Part shown: piece by piece, positions 11,188 through 24,244 of the stretch | Layout: the number at the start of each line of letters is the position of its first letter | Position numbering within the stretch: the stretch's first letter is position 1 | Source: Octopus sinensis | Taxonomy: Eukaryota | Assembly (NCBI RefSeq): GCF_006345805.1 | Contig: NW_021826226.1 | Coordinates: 1-36,149 of the forward strand | DNA: 36,149 nucleotides | Reading direction: 5' to 3' | Notes under the pieces: generated by a model | Told to the model about the DNA's origin: nothing | Seen by the model: the letters and a program-made list of their open reading frames with translations, nothing else | Database searches by the model: none | Program-made: the position numbers and the translations under genes

Positions 11188-12395
11188 TTGGGTCATCCCC
11201 ATAAGTAATGTGGTTTTTTTCAATTGCATGAACTAAAACTCGGAGGGGGACGGGATAAATTACCTGCATCAACTTGATATAAAGGCAGGTAGTAATTTTA
11301 GTTTGTCCTTATTCTTAGTGCAAGTTTTGAAGAGTGCAAATCGATTTTAACAGTTATTTTTTCAAAACTATAATGGAAGTGACAAAGGAGCATATTCAGC
11401 ACATTTTGCTGTTTGAGTTCAATAAAGACAAAAACGCAACGGAAAGTGCGAAGAATGTTAATGCAGTATATGGGGAGCGGACAATAAGCGTAAGCCAGTG
11501 TCAACGGTGGTTCCAGAAATTCCGAGCCGGAAACTACAGCCTGGAAGACGAGCCTTGTCCTAGGAGATCTGTAGAACTCGACGAGGACGTCCTTCAAAAC
11601 CTGGTGGAACAAAATCCCGCCATAACTGTTGAGGAACCTCGCAGAGAAGCTTGGATTTGGTCATTCAACCATTCATCGACACCTGCGTGCCACCAGAAAA
11701 GTTGGCAAATTGGGTCAATGGGTTGCTCACAAACTTTCCGAGTCTAATCGCGGGCGGAGAGTGAATGTCTGCTCTTCTTTGCTATCAGAGACTCACGAAT
11801 GGACCTTTTTGGACCAAATAGTGACTGGTGACTAGAAATGGGTTTTCTATAAAAATGTTAAGTGCCGAAGACAGTGGGTAGAGTAAAGAGAAACACCAGT
11901 ACCCCAGGCTAAAAAATGTCTTCACCCACGTAAGGTGTTGCTATCTGTTTGGTGGGATATAAAAGGTTTAGTCCACTTTGAACTTTTAAACCCAAACCAA
12001 ACGATAGCAAAGGAGATCTAATGCAAGCAGTTTAAGTGGCTTAAGTCAGCGCTAGAAGAAAAACGACCATCTTTGGTTTCAACGCGAAAGATGTTCTTCC
12101 ATCAAGATAATACTCGGTCACATACAGTGAGGATGACATTCCAAAGACTGGAGCAGTTTGAATAGGAAACGATGCCCCACTCACCATATTCGCCGGACAT
12201 TGCCCCATCTGATTATCATTATTTTGAAGTCTCCAAAATTATTTGAACGGAAAAAATATGAATTCTGTAAACGAGGTCAGAGCAGTACTGGAGGTGTATT
12301 TTTAGTCACGGACAAGTAAATTTTGGAAGACGGGCCTTGCAAGTCTACTAAATAGATGAGAGGGCATTGCAGAAAACGAAGGAAACTGACCCATA
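11188..12395 (+). mobile_element. Mariner (DD34D-type) transposon with pseudogenised transposase
   Basis: TA followed by 5' TIR ttgggtcatccccataagtaatgtggttttt. ATG at 11373 gives MEVTKEHIQHILLFEF...CQRWFQKFRAG, then a frameshift near 11638. Motifs GQWVAHKL, IVTGD*KW, FHQDN and HSPYSPDIAPSDYH follow, with several stops. The 3' end is deleted down to tgacccata (12387-12395). Confidence 0.95.
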
Positions 12396-12410
12396 TGTGT
12401 GTGTGTGTGT

Positions 12411-12710
12411 GGAGGCACAAGGCCTAGTGATTAGAGCAGTGGACTTTCGGTCGAGAGATCGCGGGTTCGAATCTCAGACTAAGTGATGTGTGTGTTTATG
12501 AGCGAAATACCTAAGCTCCACGCGGCTCTGGCAGAGGGTAATGGCGAACATCTGCTGACTCTTTCGTTACAACTTTCTCTCTCTCTTTCCTCCTGTATCT
12601 AGCAGCTCACCTGCGACGGACCGACGTCCCGTCCAGGTAGGGAACCTATACGCCAATGAAACCGGGAAACCGGCCCTTATGAACCAGGCATGGCTCGAAA
12701 AGGAACAATC
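12411..12710 (+). mobile_element. tRNA-derived SINE (family 3-like)
   Basis: ggcctagtgattagagc (A box), gggttcgaatctc (B box), and 3' part gtcccgtccagg...aatgaaaccgggaaaccggccc. Confidence 0.75.
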
Positions 12711-12728
12711 AACACGCACATGCACATA

Positions 12729-13179
12729 CGGGGTCTGATCGAAAAGTATCAGCACTGTTGCTACGGCAACGGAGACAAAGTACGCAGAGTGAAGCTACTT
12801 GGCACACCAAGCCTATCGCGCATGCTCACCAAGATATAACGTTCTCGCCCACTTCCGTTGTTTATAGCAGTGTTTGGATGTAAAGCGTGGAGAGTATAGT
12901 CGTCTCACCACACCACAGAGGTTCTATTAGTGACCGTGGCAGATAAAGAATGTGTGCGTGCGAGGAAAGAGACACGGTTGGAAGATTATTACGGCCAAGA
13001 ATCTTCCCAAAGATCAAATCCCACCAAAGAGGGCCTCCATCAATGGAAACGACGCTGGGTAAAGTGTGTGGAACCAGAAGTGGATTACCTCGAAAGAGAT
13101 TAAATGCCGAATTGATGCACGTTGAGGTTTTCTCTTTTTTTTATATCACCAGTTCTGATACATCTTTGATCAAACCTCG
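12729..13179 (+). mobile_element. 451-bp internally deleted non-autonomous mariner with both TIRs and TA TSD
   Basis: 5' TA|cggggtctgatcgaaaagtatcagcact; reverse complement of the 3' end TA|cgaggtttgatcaaagatgtatcagaact. Retains the transposase C-terminus EGLHQWKRRWVKCVEPEVDYLERD*. Confidence 0.85.
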
Positions 13180-13226
13180 TAGATGTATATTTGTGTCGTG
13201 TACGTGTGTACCGAATGTTCTACGCA

Positions 13227-13273
<47 letters not shown>
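13227..13273. repeat. (CTA)n microsatellite
   Basis: Direct reading. Confidence 0.95.
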
Positions 13274-13864
13274 AGCTCGTGCGACAGATAATTTATCGAC
13301 CAGTGATATATCTAATTTATCTAATGTATCATACACAAACGATATCTCCCGGGTGATATTTGTTCTGACCTGGCTTTCCGGTCAACCCCCACTCCATTCT
13401 TGCTCCTCCCCACTTCACCCCGCCCCACTGCCCCTCGCGTCTTTTTTTAAAAAAATGGTGGCCAGGCGATCATTCAACGTTAATTTCGATTGTATGAAGT
13501 AGATCTATCTAAACTCGTATCGCTTTCCACTTCGCCTCAGACCGACCGACCGACCGACCGGCCACGTTACACAGATTGATAAACTTCTTATCGCCATTGA
13601 ATAAAATATTTAGATTAAAAACAAGAACGAAACAATAAAGACATCATCATCATCATCATCAATAACAACAACAGCTATAATAATAATAATAATAATAATA
13701 ATGATAATAATAATAATAGCGACAGAAACAACAACAAAAAAATTGTGAAAACGAATCTCTTGTAAGTCTTTTGATAATGAAAGAAATGGAGAAACAAAAG
13801 GAGAAAGTCAAACGTTGTTTGGACAAAAAAGAATGGCCGTCGTTGTTGTTGTTGTTGTTGTTGT

Positions 13865-14095
13865 TGCTTTTCTTTTCTTAGTCTTCATTCTTCTTCTTCT
13901 TCTTCTTCTTCTTACTCTTCTTCTTCTTACTCTTCTTCTTCATTTTCTCTTTCTCCTCCTCCTTCATCTTTTTCTCCTCCTCCTCCTTCTTTTTCTCCTC
14001 CTTCATCTTCTTCTCTTCGTCCTCCTCTTTCCCCCTCCTCCTCCTCCTCCTTTTTTTTCTCCTACTTCTTCATCTCCTCCTCTCCGTCCTCCTCC
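13865..14095 (+). repeat. Polypyrimidine (CTT/CTC)n low-complexity tract
   Basis: Direct reading; source of the poly-Leu/Pro ORF. Confidence 0.9.
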
Positions 14096-14368
14096 AGTAA
14101 GCCACAAACTCTGTCAGCAACACACAACTCTATGTCTCCATGACCGAATAAGAAACTACATCTCTGCTCACTAGAAGTAACAGCCAAATATCCCTTATAC
14201 CCCCCGTGCGCACACACACACACACACACACACATTTTACAACCTCAAACACAACACGAGCAATACAATCCTCCGTATAGTCACGACTGGAACGTTTTCA
14301 ATCGCAGGTCAGGTCGACCAGAATTCTCTAAGGGACCAAGAAACAAAACACTGGCTCAGGAGCAGCGG

Positions 14369-14480
14369 TTTTTGAGGGGAGGGGAAGCCAATTACATCGA
14401 CACTAGTATTTGACTGGTACTTATTTTATTGACTCCGAAAGAATGAAAGACAAAGTCGACCTCGGCTGGATTTGAAACCA
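14369..14480 (-). mobile_element. SINE family 2 fragment
   Basis: Reverse complement matches the central and 3' part of 28244-28424 (gaggtcgactttg...ttcatc/tttcgg...aagtaccag...gatgtaat). Confidence 0.7.
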
Positions 14481-14654
14481 GCAGAAAGAATGATTGATTG
14501 ATAAAGTTCTATTTAAGTTGAATAAAATATTTGTTCAAAAAAATATGAAAACGTAAAAATGAAAAATGAAAAACGGAACAGTTGTAAGTCGTTGATAAAG
14601 GAACCGGATGGAGTAACGAAGAACACAAATAATTATTGTTGTTGTCGTCGTTGT

Positions 14655-14688
<34 letters not shown>

Positions 14689-15144
14689 GTGCTTCTTCCA
14701 GCGCTTTGTTTTTGTTTTGTTTTTCTTTTCTTCCAACCATAAACCACAGAGTTTGTCAGAAAGAAGGAATCTGTGTGACGCCATCTTCAGAAGAACAAGG
14801 AGAGAGAAAAAATATATATAAAAAGAAAAAAACAGAGCATCGGTCTATGGAATTGGTAAGATCTGATATATTAAGATAAGTAAGATCAAATGTTAGCTGA
14901 AATCTTTATGTGATTGAAGTGAAGAATTCTCCAAGAGAGAGGAGGGTGTGGTGAGATAAAAGGGGCCAACCACCCCGAAACATAAACTTTTATGTATATA
15001 CATACATACATACATACATATATACATAAACAACACACATATACGAAAATATATGTATGTGTATACATATATATATTTATATATATATGTATATATGTAT
15101 ATATATATATACATAAACACAATCTCACACTCATGCATATATAC

Positions 15145-15204
<60 letters not shown>

Positions 15205-15587
15205 ATATATGCTTGTATATGTGTATATATTCATATGGGTGTATATGTATACATATATCATCATCTATCTATATATGCGTATGTATACACGCACACACAC
15301 ACATACACACACATATATATATATGCACTATATACGCAGTTATATACGATATATATACACACAGGTGTACAGAAGAGAGAAAGGTGGAAACGAGCAACTG
15401 AAGAGATGTCGTGGAGGTGACTTGACTCCGTTTTGACATAATAAAACTTTCCATTCAGAAACTTAACTCTTTCAGCGACCAACCGATCAGACAAGATTTA
15501 TGCGTCTGTGAAATTTTTAATAACGTCAATGTCCGTTAAAGCAGTTCATGCACACACACACACACACACAACACACACACACACACA

Positions 15588-15618
<31 letters not shown>

Positions 15619-15716
15619 GCACACACACACACACACACGCACACATGCACACAGGCCGTTATGCTTGATCAGATCAACTGGAACACATACCGTCGTAACT
15701 CACTGAGTACCAGTGG

Positions 15717-15796
<80 letters not shown>

Positions 15797-15852
15797 GATA
15801 AAGAGAGAGAGAGTTAGATAGAGAGATACAGAAGATAGATAGATAGATAGAT

Positions 15853-15941
<89 letters not shown>
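15717..15941. repeat. Compound (GATA)n/(GA)n/(GACA)n microsatellite
   Basis: Direct reading. Confidence 0.95.
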
Positions 15942-16187
15942 GTAGTTCTGCGTGTAATCAACGCTGTGCATTTAGGTGTTTTCCAACATATATATATATA
16001 ATTTTAATAGCTCCGACTAAGCTATAAGATGTGACACGTGCACTCAGATCAGACTGTAATACTTCTTATAGCAGAAACAGCTGTAACTGTAAGCTAATGA
16101 AAGGGGTTACGTGACCCCGTCATTTTGTCACTTAGTTGATATTACGTGATCTGTTCTCAGCTGGTACTTTACTGATGTATGTGTAAA

Positions 16188-16226
<39 letters not shown>

Positions 16227-16315
16227 TGTGTAGCTCCTGCACACACAGACGCACACGGGCTGATAAAAAAAATTTGTGAGTGGATTTGACATATGGAAAC
16301 TGAAAGATGCTTGTC

Positions 16316-16351
<36 letters not shown>

Positions 16352-16559
16352 TACTGTTCCATGAGGGTAAGATCAAAAAACTATTCCATCTAGTGAAATA
16401 TTATTCAATAAACACAATATGTTTCTATGTGCTACTATTAGTTTCATGCACTGAGAATATGCCAATCATCATTTTATAACACATCTGGTGTCTCTGCACA
16501 ATCATCGGATACTGCCCACATGGCATTACGATCTGGGTGAGCAGTGTCCAACCGATCAT

Positions 16560-17190
16560 GGAAGATCAGGATGAAGCTCTCTGAACAAATAAAGCAAACT
16601 GTAAGCCAGGAGTCGATGTGTCACCATTGTGAAGGTTGCGAGAAGAAACAGTGACCTACACAGTAAGCGTATGTTTAAATTCGCAGAGAAACAGTAGAAA
16701 TCTTGGAGACATGCTAATGTTGCAAAGATCATCCACTGGAAAATATGTAGAAGTACGGGCTTCCATCACGACACAAGTGACATGAACATGCACCTGAAAA
16801 CGTGACTAAGAGTAATGAGGTTAAGCTTCTATGGGGCTTTCGTATTCAAACAGATCATGTCCTAAGGCATAACAGACCAACTATCTCGGTGTTTGAGAAG
16901 GAACGGACTTGCTACATAACTGGTGTGGCCTATCAATTTGTTACGAGAGAAAAAGTGGAAATCATCAAGGTAGACATATACAAGGACCTAAAGAAATAGA
17001 TTAAGCAGATTGTGCAGTTGCAGAAAAAGTGAGGTCGTACCAATTCTCATTGGAGACTTAGGAAGAACGGGGAATTGACTCAAGGAGTGAAAAGATTGGA
17101 TTGCAGATGCACATGGATAACATGCAACTGGATTGCTCTGTTGGGAACGACGAAGAACATTCGAAAGTTCTTGGATGGCTGAGGTCAGTT
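16560..17190 (+). mobile_element. Degenerate 3' fragment of an RLE-type LINE (R4/Dong-like)
   Basis: QDEAL...MCHHC...ETVT...C, then WRHANVAKIIHWKIC...HAPENVTKSNEVKLLWGFRIQTDHVLRHNRP...YKDLK...IALLGTTKNIRKFL, read across several frameshifts. Confidence 0.85.
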
Positions 17191-17410
17191 AGCCAAGAGT
17201 AGATCTACCTATATTAAATCATTGGAATGAGATGCTAAAAAGTTTCGAAATAAATAATTAATTGAAATAAATTAATACATCTAGCACCAACCTACCAACT
17301 TACCATCCACAAATCATTAACGTCTCCTACTTATAATTGCATCCAATAAAATAACTCATGCATCAGGCCACAACAGGTACATGTACACAGCCAGCAGCAA
17401 GTCATGCTAG

Positions 17411-17454
17411 TTTAGCCTGATGATCGCCCTAGCGTGAAACTCTGAGTTTCACTT
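17411..17454 (+). ncRNA. Hammerhead-like motif (family B-related) lacking stem I
   Basis: CTGATGA (17417-17423)-T-CGC-ccta-GCG-T-GAAA-C-TC-T-GA-GT-T. The core is intact but no stem I partner exists. gtgaaactc-t-gagtttcac forms a perfect 9-bp inverted repeat instead. Confidence 0.55.
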
Positions 17455-17646
17455 TCAATAAGATAAAAACTATATATAACAGAAACACACACACGTGCGC
17501 GTGCGCGCACACACACACATAGTTGTAGTAATGAAGTCAAACCAAATAGTGATATTTTGAAATCATTTGATATGTATGTATATGTGCGTATGTAGGAATG
17601 TATATATATATATATATTAACATACACATACATATGTTTGTATGTA

Positions 17647-17689
<43 letters not shown>

Positions 17690-18709
17690 CAAACACACAT
17701 ACATACACACACACAAACACATATATATGTATACGCACACATATATGTATGTACGTATATGATCTCGGTGGGAATTGAACTTCCTCTGTAGCGATACTTA
17801 TCGAGAGGGAAGAATAGAGCGGAAGCGGAAGTAGCAAGCATCCATAACGATAACATGTACGACGATTATTTGTGGAGGTAATAATTATGGCTCAATACAT
17901 TGGCTGGAGTTCGATGTGTGTGTGTGGGGGGGTGCTTTTGTGAGAGTTTATCACTGTTGTATTATGTGTGTGTGCGCGTGTATGTGTGGGCGTCTGTATA
18001 TGTGAGAGGATTAGATAGAAAGAGAGAAGGCAAAGAGGAGTAAATAGAAGCATACTCGCCCCACCCACACACACACCTAAACACTCGCACATTTATGCAT
18101 TCACACACAAGTACACGACGGTCGCAATGTTTCCATCTATGTGTGTGTGTGTGTGTGTGTTTATATATATGTGTGTATGTGTGTGTGTGATTGCGTGAAC
18201 TGTTTTCAAAACACGATTACTTTAGCTCTTTACTGAAGACAGCATGTTTAAAAGAATACATACATGTATATGTATGTATATATGCACATACACACACACA
18301 TTCATATATATGCATATATACGATATATGTATACAAAGACAGAGAGAGAGAGAGCGAGAGAGAGAGATAAGAAGGAGGAGTAGTGTGAGAAATGTAGCCA
18401 GCAGTCGATAGACTGAGGTAATCTTGTAGATTCCTCAATATCTCGAGTTACTTCCGCCGGCAGGAAATCACAAAAACACCGTAACATTGTCTTCAGGTTG
18501 ATTACAATAACAACAACAACAACAACTGGAGAAATAATACAAACCGCCACACACAAACACGCGCAAGTAGACATGCTCAGACACACAAACTCATGCATCT
18601 AGCGCAGGCGCCGTCTTAATTTCCGGTATATTCACCTACATTCTAGCGTAACTTGGAGATTTCATCTTTCTTCTGATTGTTTTTGTTCTTTACCAGTAAA
18701 GCATAGCTT

Positions 18710-18758
<49 letters not shown>

Positions 18759-18994
18759 GGTGGTGGTGGTGGTGGTGGTGGTGGTGGTGGTAGTAGATTT
18801 GTTGTTTTGCGGGTCAACTCCAGATCCGATTGACGTCAGATGAAGAAGATTTCTCAACGGCTGACCGTCTTTTGTTTTCTTGGCAAAGTGTATCTAGGAT
18901 TACATTATGTAATGTCTCCTTCTCTGTTGTCGTTGGTGTTCTTTTAACTCCAGGACAGCTCTGATCCTGCAGACCTACGATCAAAATTCTTCCG

Positions 18995-19110
18995 GGTGCA
19001 TGTGTGGCCAAGTGGTTAACAAGTTCGCTTCCCAACCATGTTGGCTTGGTTTCAGTCCCACTACGCGGCACTTTGGGATTTGGTAGACGAAAACTGAAAG
19101 AAGCCTGTCA
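18995..19110 (+). mobile_element. SINE family 1, 5' part with an internal deletion
   Basis: gtggccaagtggttaacaagttcgcttcccaaccatg...ggtttcagtcccactacgcggcac...tttggtagacgaaaactgaaagaagcc. Confidence 0.75.
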
Positions 19111-19505
19111 TATATATATAGATATATATATATAAATTAGTAATGCAATACTAGAGTATTGCTTTCCAGTAAAGAATAGCCCATCTTTTAATATCCAGAA
19201 CTACTTTATCAAATGTATCCTTCCTCGTAGATGTTTAGTCCCTGGTCAGCCCTGATCCAGCAGATATCTGAGCAAATTTATTCCAGGCAATACCATACCA
19301 TTTATTATTCAGTGAAAGTGTATCTAGGACTATATTAATTAATGTCTCGTATTTTAAGTCAGTGAGTCTGTGTGAGGTAAAGTTTTCATGAACGCGATCG
19401 TCTACCGGTTTTACAATTTTCAAAGTGGCAGACGATCTTTTTTTTTATTGATTTAAAATGGTGGCTATGTTTGTCAAGTTGTCTGGACACTCCGTAATGT
19501 AATAA

Positions 19506-19920
19506 GAGGGAGAGAGAGAGGGGGAAAAAGAGAGAGAGACAGACAGCTAGGCAGACAGACCGAGACAGTGACAGACAGACAGGGTCTGACAGTTAGAGAG
19601 GGAGAGACAGATGTGATGGGAAAGGAGAGAGTGACAGAGACATGAAGTGAGAAAGAGGAAAAGTGAGAGAGAGAGAGAAGGTTAGGGAGGGATAGCAGAT
19701 GAATGAGAGGTGAATAAGGAAGGAAGGTGAGAGATGAAAGAGGGAGACAAGGTGAGTGAAGGATACCAGGTGAGTGGGGACGAAAGGCGAGAGAGGTAGA
19801 AAAGACGAGTAAGGGAAAATGGTGAGGGAGAGGTGAGTAAAGGAGAGATGGTAGTAGAGAGAATGTGAAGGAAAGAATCAGATGAGTGAGAAGGGGAATG
19901 TGAGTGGGGGGAGGGGGTAG
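19506..19920 (+). repeat. About 410-bp polypurine (GA-rich) low-complexity tract
   Basis: Direct reading. Confidence 0.85.
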
Positions 19921-20061
19921 AGTATAATTCATCGTCTTTTCTCAGTTCTTGTTTACTTCCTGCTTCAGATTATTGAAATTCAGTTTGGAAAGTATAAAAT
20001 GATACGGTCACGTGATAGGTGCTTGGTAAAAGGTGAGAGCTATAGAGTGGAACCTGGTTGC

Positions 20062-20402
20062 CCCGCGAAGGTATCTTTTGTGCCGCCTATAAAAATATGA
20101 CACTCCATCGATTACGACCCAGTTGATCCGATCGACGGGAAAAGCCTGCTCATGAAATTGATATGCAAGTGACTGAGCATTCCACAGACACCTTTAACGT
20201 AATTCTCAGGAAGATCCAGGGTTTGCACAGAATGTGACAAGGCTGGCCTTTTGAAATACAGGTATCACTCATTTTTGCCAGCTGAGTGGACGGGAGCAAC
20301 GTGAAATAAAGGGTCTTGTTCGAGGACATAATGTACTGTCAGATATCGAACTCACGATGTCACGACCGTGAGATGAACGCCCTAACCACTGAGCCACGCG
20401 CC
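20062..20402 (-). mobile_element. tRNA-derived SINE (family 3)
   Basis: Minus-strand head ggcgcgtggctcagtggttagggcgttcatctcacggtcgtgacatcgtgagttcgat, with A/B boxes. Confidence 0.75.
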
Positions 20403-20886
20403 GTCATTGTACAACCCAGAATGCTTCCTTCGCTGACAAATGCACGACGCTACAGAAACCAATATGTCTAAGGATAAAACATTAACAACATTGCTATTAA
20501 TGTCAGTAATATTTGTATATCAACATTTCGGCTGCACTAGAATGTTCCTTGCAAGCAAATATCGGAACGCTCGCTGTTTCTGCACCATAGCTGTATATAA
20601 GCGAGAGAGATATTAGGAATTATATGTTTTAAGCTTCGATGCATTTAGAACACTTCTTTAAGTATAGACAACAATTACATTGAAACAGAACCGGGTAAAG
20701 ACATCAATTCTACTTTTGGTGTCCACAGAAAAAGAAAAACACGATATAAATAATTCCTTTGAATAATTTCTTCAATTTGAAAAGAGAAAAATGGAATTAG
20801 CCATTTGGTAAAATACAATAATTTAAACGAACAGAAGTACGTTTTGTGTATTATATACATTATTCAAGCACAAATGCGTGTGAAAG

Positions 20887-20924
<38 letters not shown>

Positions 20925-20983
20925 TACGCGCGCGTGTGTGTGTGTGTGCGTCTGCTGTACTGAAGAACTTTTTCATCGTTTAT

Positions 20984-21178
20984 CTTTTACTCGTTTCAGT
21001 CATTAGACTGTGCACCGCTTTCAAGAATTTGTAGTCGAATGAATCGACCCCGAGTACTTATCTTTATATTCTGTCGGGCTCTTTTGTTAAACCGCTAAGT
21101 TACGGAAACGTAAACACACTAACTTCAATTGTCAAACTGTGGTGAGGAACTAAAACAGACAAAGATACACACACGCAC
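20984..21178 (-). mobile_element. SINE family 1, 3' half
   Basis: gtttcagtcatt...gtcgaatgaatcgacccc...accgctaagttacgg...taaacacac matches 8731-8900 and 24850-25040. Confidence 0.75.
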
Positions 21179-21250
21179 AAACTTACTTTTATACAGATGG
21201 ATGTGTTAATCCACTACAGCTGCTTCCAAAGAGTTTCGTTCGAATCCTGA

Positions 21251-21303
<53 letters not shown>

Positions 21304-21308
21304 ATATA

Positions 21309-21371
<63 letters not shown>

Positions 21372-21484
21372 TTATATATATATATATATAGTAAATCCAG
21401 AAAAGAACAAACACAAAAAAAACAGCAATGCGAGGACGTAGTACATGTAATGTATTAGCAGACGCTCAGAGAAGGAAAGAAAAA

Positions 21485-21523
21485 TGGTTTAACGCTTCGA
21501 GCAGACGCTCTTCTCAGAAACAG
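21485..21523 (-). ncRNA. Degenerate hammerhead motif (family A)
   Basis: Minus strand: gttt-CTGA-GA-A-GAGC-gtct-GCTC-GAAG-C-GT-T-aaac. Stems I and II are intact, but N7 is deleted and A15.1 is G. Flanks (gaaggaaagaaa..., gccaac.attcacatgtgg) are homologous to 9691-9780. Confidence 0.6.
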
Positions 21524-21581
21524 CGGTAAGTCCAATAGAAGGGAAGACGGTGGAAGAAAATCGCCAACGATTCACATGTGG

Positions 21582-21637
<56 letters not shown>

Positions 21638-22931
21638 CGTAGTGGGACTGGACCCGGGAGATATGGTTGGAAAGCATACAACATATCACATAGGCACTTC
21701 CCCTTTCTTCAAATTTTTCCATATTACTTCCTGAGTTTCTCGCGATACATTTGGAACAGTAAAGTTTGTAGATCCATTACCAATGATTGTAGGTCTTCAC
21801 AGCCTCATCTTCTGGAGAAATGGTCATATTACTGTTTGTAGCTGTCTCGCCTAAGGACCGACGTGGTTGGTTAAAAACGTTTCAGCCGCAACTTCCGTTC
21901 CTGGTGTTAGATATTTATCCCATCTTTCCGGTCTTTATTTATTCTTTGGAGCTGGTGAAGTGTACCTGTGTGTCGCGCCCGCGGATATTTCTTCTAATAT
22001 TAATAGCGATGCCGTTGTGCAAATAGGAAAAGTCTTAGATATGCCAAGAAATAAATATAATCTCAGAATAAAACGGAGTTTACAACTTGGTAATTCGTTC
22101 GACGTTGATGTACAATATATGTTACTCTCGTTGAAATATAAACAGAAAATATTTAACTAAAAACTTTTGTTGTTTAACACCTTAAAGCAAAAAGGAGGAT
22201 TTCATTGAATTAAATCTGCAACACGGCTTACATTTGCAGTGGGCGGACATTTGAATCTCACTTATTTATCTTCTGCAGAAAAAACATCGATGTGTGTTGA
22301 CAACAAACGGTTTACTCTGTATGTATGTATGTATATACACATACACATATATATGTATACTCACACACACGCATATTATTATTACTAGTATTGTTGTTAT
22401 ACATACATACATACAAGCATATGTAATGATAATAATAAGTGGATGTAAATACATGAACAAAATAAGAATAAACAAAAACAACAAAAACAAAAAAACAAAA
22501 TACAAATTACATGAACATATAAAATTACAAATTACATGAACATATATAAACAGAAGATACAAATATTACTGGCATCCCCCCCACATACACACACTAAATA
22601 AACATAAACGCACGTAGAGATATAAGCATGCGCAAATGAAGACATACAGTAGAAATACAAAATGGCTGACGGTTAGTAAGGAGAGACACAAATAAGAAAG
22701 AAGAAAACAAAGGACCACTGATGCGGTCACAGGAGTGTGACGAAAGAACTCTGGCCGAAAAAAGATTAAGATTAATGTAAAAAATAAATAACACTGAAGC
22801 AAAATAACACCAAATATATAGTGCGTGTGTTTTTATTGGCTAAACTGGCAAAATGACCATTCCGAAATATAACAATATCTGTTTCAACACGCGACTTCAC
22901 ATAAAAAATCTTGCACAACAAATATTTAAAC

Positions 22932-22999
<68 letters not shown>

Positions 23000-23104
23000 T
23001 TATATATATGATATATATATATATATATGCATATAAGTATATAATGTATGTGAGAAAGATGAAGATTTGAACTGATTTTCTTTCATCACTCGGTGAATAG
23101 TTAC

Positions 23105-23135
<31 letters not shown>

Positions 23136-23636
23136 TATATATACATATATATACACACACGCACACCCATTTGTACATACATGTTAGTATATGGATAGGT
23201 AGATATGAGATATCTATATTCGGATGGCGAATATTAAATTCCATTTATTTTCTGTATATATACTCATTCACACACACACGTGTGTGTGCGTGTATATGTA
23301 TATATATATATAGATTAGATATATGTATGTATAGATATGTAATTATATATGTATACATAAATATATACATACACTCACACACACACACATATGCACATAC
23401 ATATACACACACACACGCACATATACATATAGGCAATGTTTTTTACTTTGAAACATGTTCTGTTGAAAACACAACCCGGCCACGTTTAATCTTTTATTTT
23501 TCCTTAATTATTTTCCGTAACAATGTCTTCCTTCGTCCTCCTTTTTGTTCGGACCGTGGAACAATAAGCGTCCTGAATCCATTAACGTTTCAATACTTTG
23601 TCAGAACTAATCTTCTAAGTCATTTTTTATTTAGAT

Positions 23637-23659
23637 AGTTATTATTATTATTGTTATTA

Positions 23660-23703
<44 letters not shown>

Positions 23704-23800
23704 TTTATTTTTATTATTATTATCATCATCATTATTATTATTATTATTATTATTGTTGTTGTTATTGTTATTGTTGTTATTGTTGTTGTTGTTGTTATTA
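23637..23800. repeat. (TTA)n/(TTG)n/(TCA)n microsatellite
   Basis: Direct reading. Confidence 0.95.
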
Positions 23801-24244
23801 TTTCTTGCATGGAATTCTATGGAGCATCGTTGCCATATCAACTAATGTTTCGCTAGTGTTGTTTCCCGTCCTCCATTATTGTGTACCTTAATGTTTCCCT
23901 GTTATAAACGCAGACGACATTAGCAGACGAGAAACTGCACTAAAACGTCCAACCTGATGTTCTGGGTCAAGAAGTTTATAACTTTCAAATTCACATTATA
24001 AAATTCATATCCTGCCATATTTGTCTGAAGGAACTTCCGTGATCTGCAAGCTTTGGGTTCCTGGTTGTTGAGGAAGGGGTTTCTTACAAAAAAAAAAAAT
24101 TCAATTATTATTAGTGAAATTATAAGTTTGCGGTGAGAAGTGATACATGTTGTGTTCTGTTCTATATTTAACAGATGAGGAATTATGTACATTATTTACA
24201 TTATTTACATTTGATGGATAGTTGTCTTCATCTTGTTTGTTGTT

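Noticed and set aside
12411-12480. tRNA genes at the SINE heads (also 2600-2676, 20330-20402, 28244-28330, 32633-32700)
   Set aside because: They have A/B boxes but no complete cloverleaf, and they continue into SINE bodies.
16361-16390. Mariner TIR-like atgagggtaagatcaaaaaactattcc (also ttaattaccccctcga near 7533-7548)
   Set aside because: No partner TIR, TA TSD or transposase sequence nearby.
21640-22160. Non-repetitive ORFs of 68-97 aa
   Set aside because: No recognisable domain, splice signals or TE motif.
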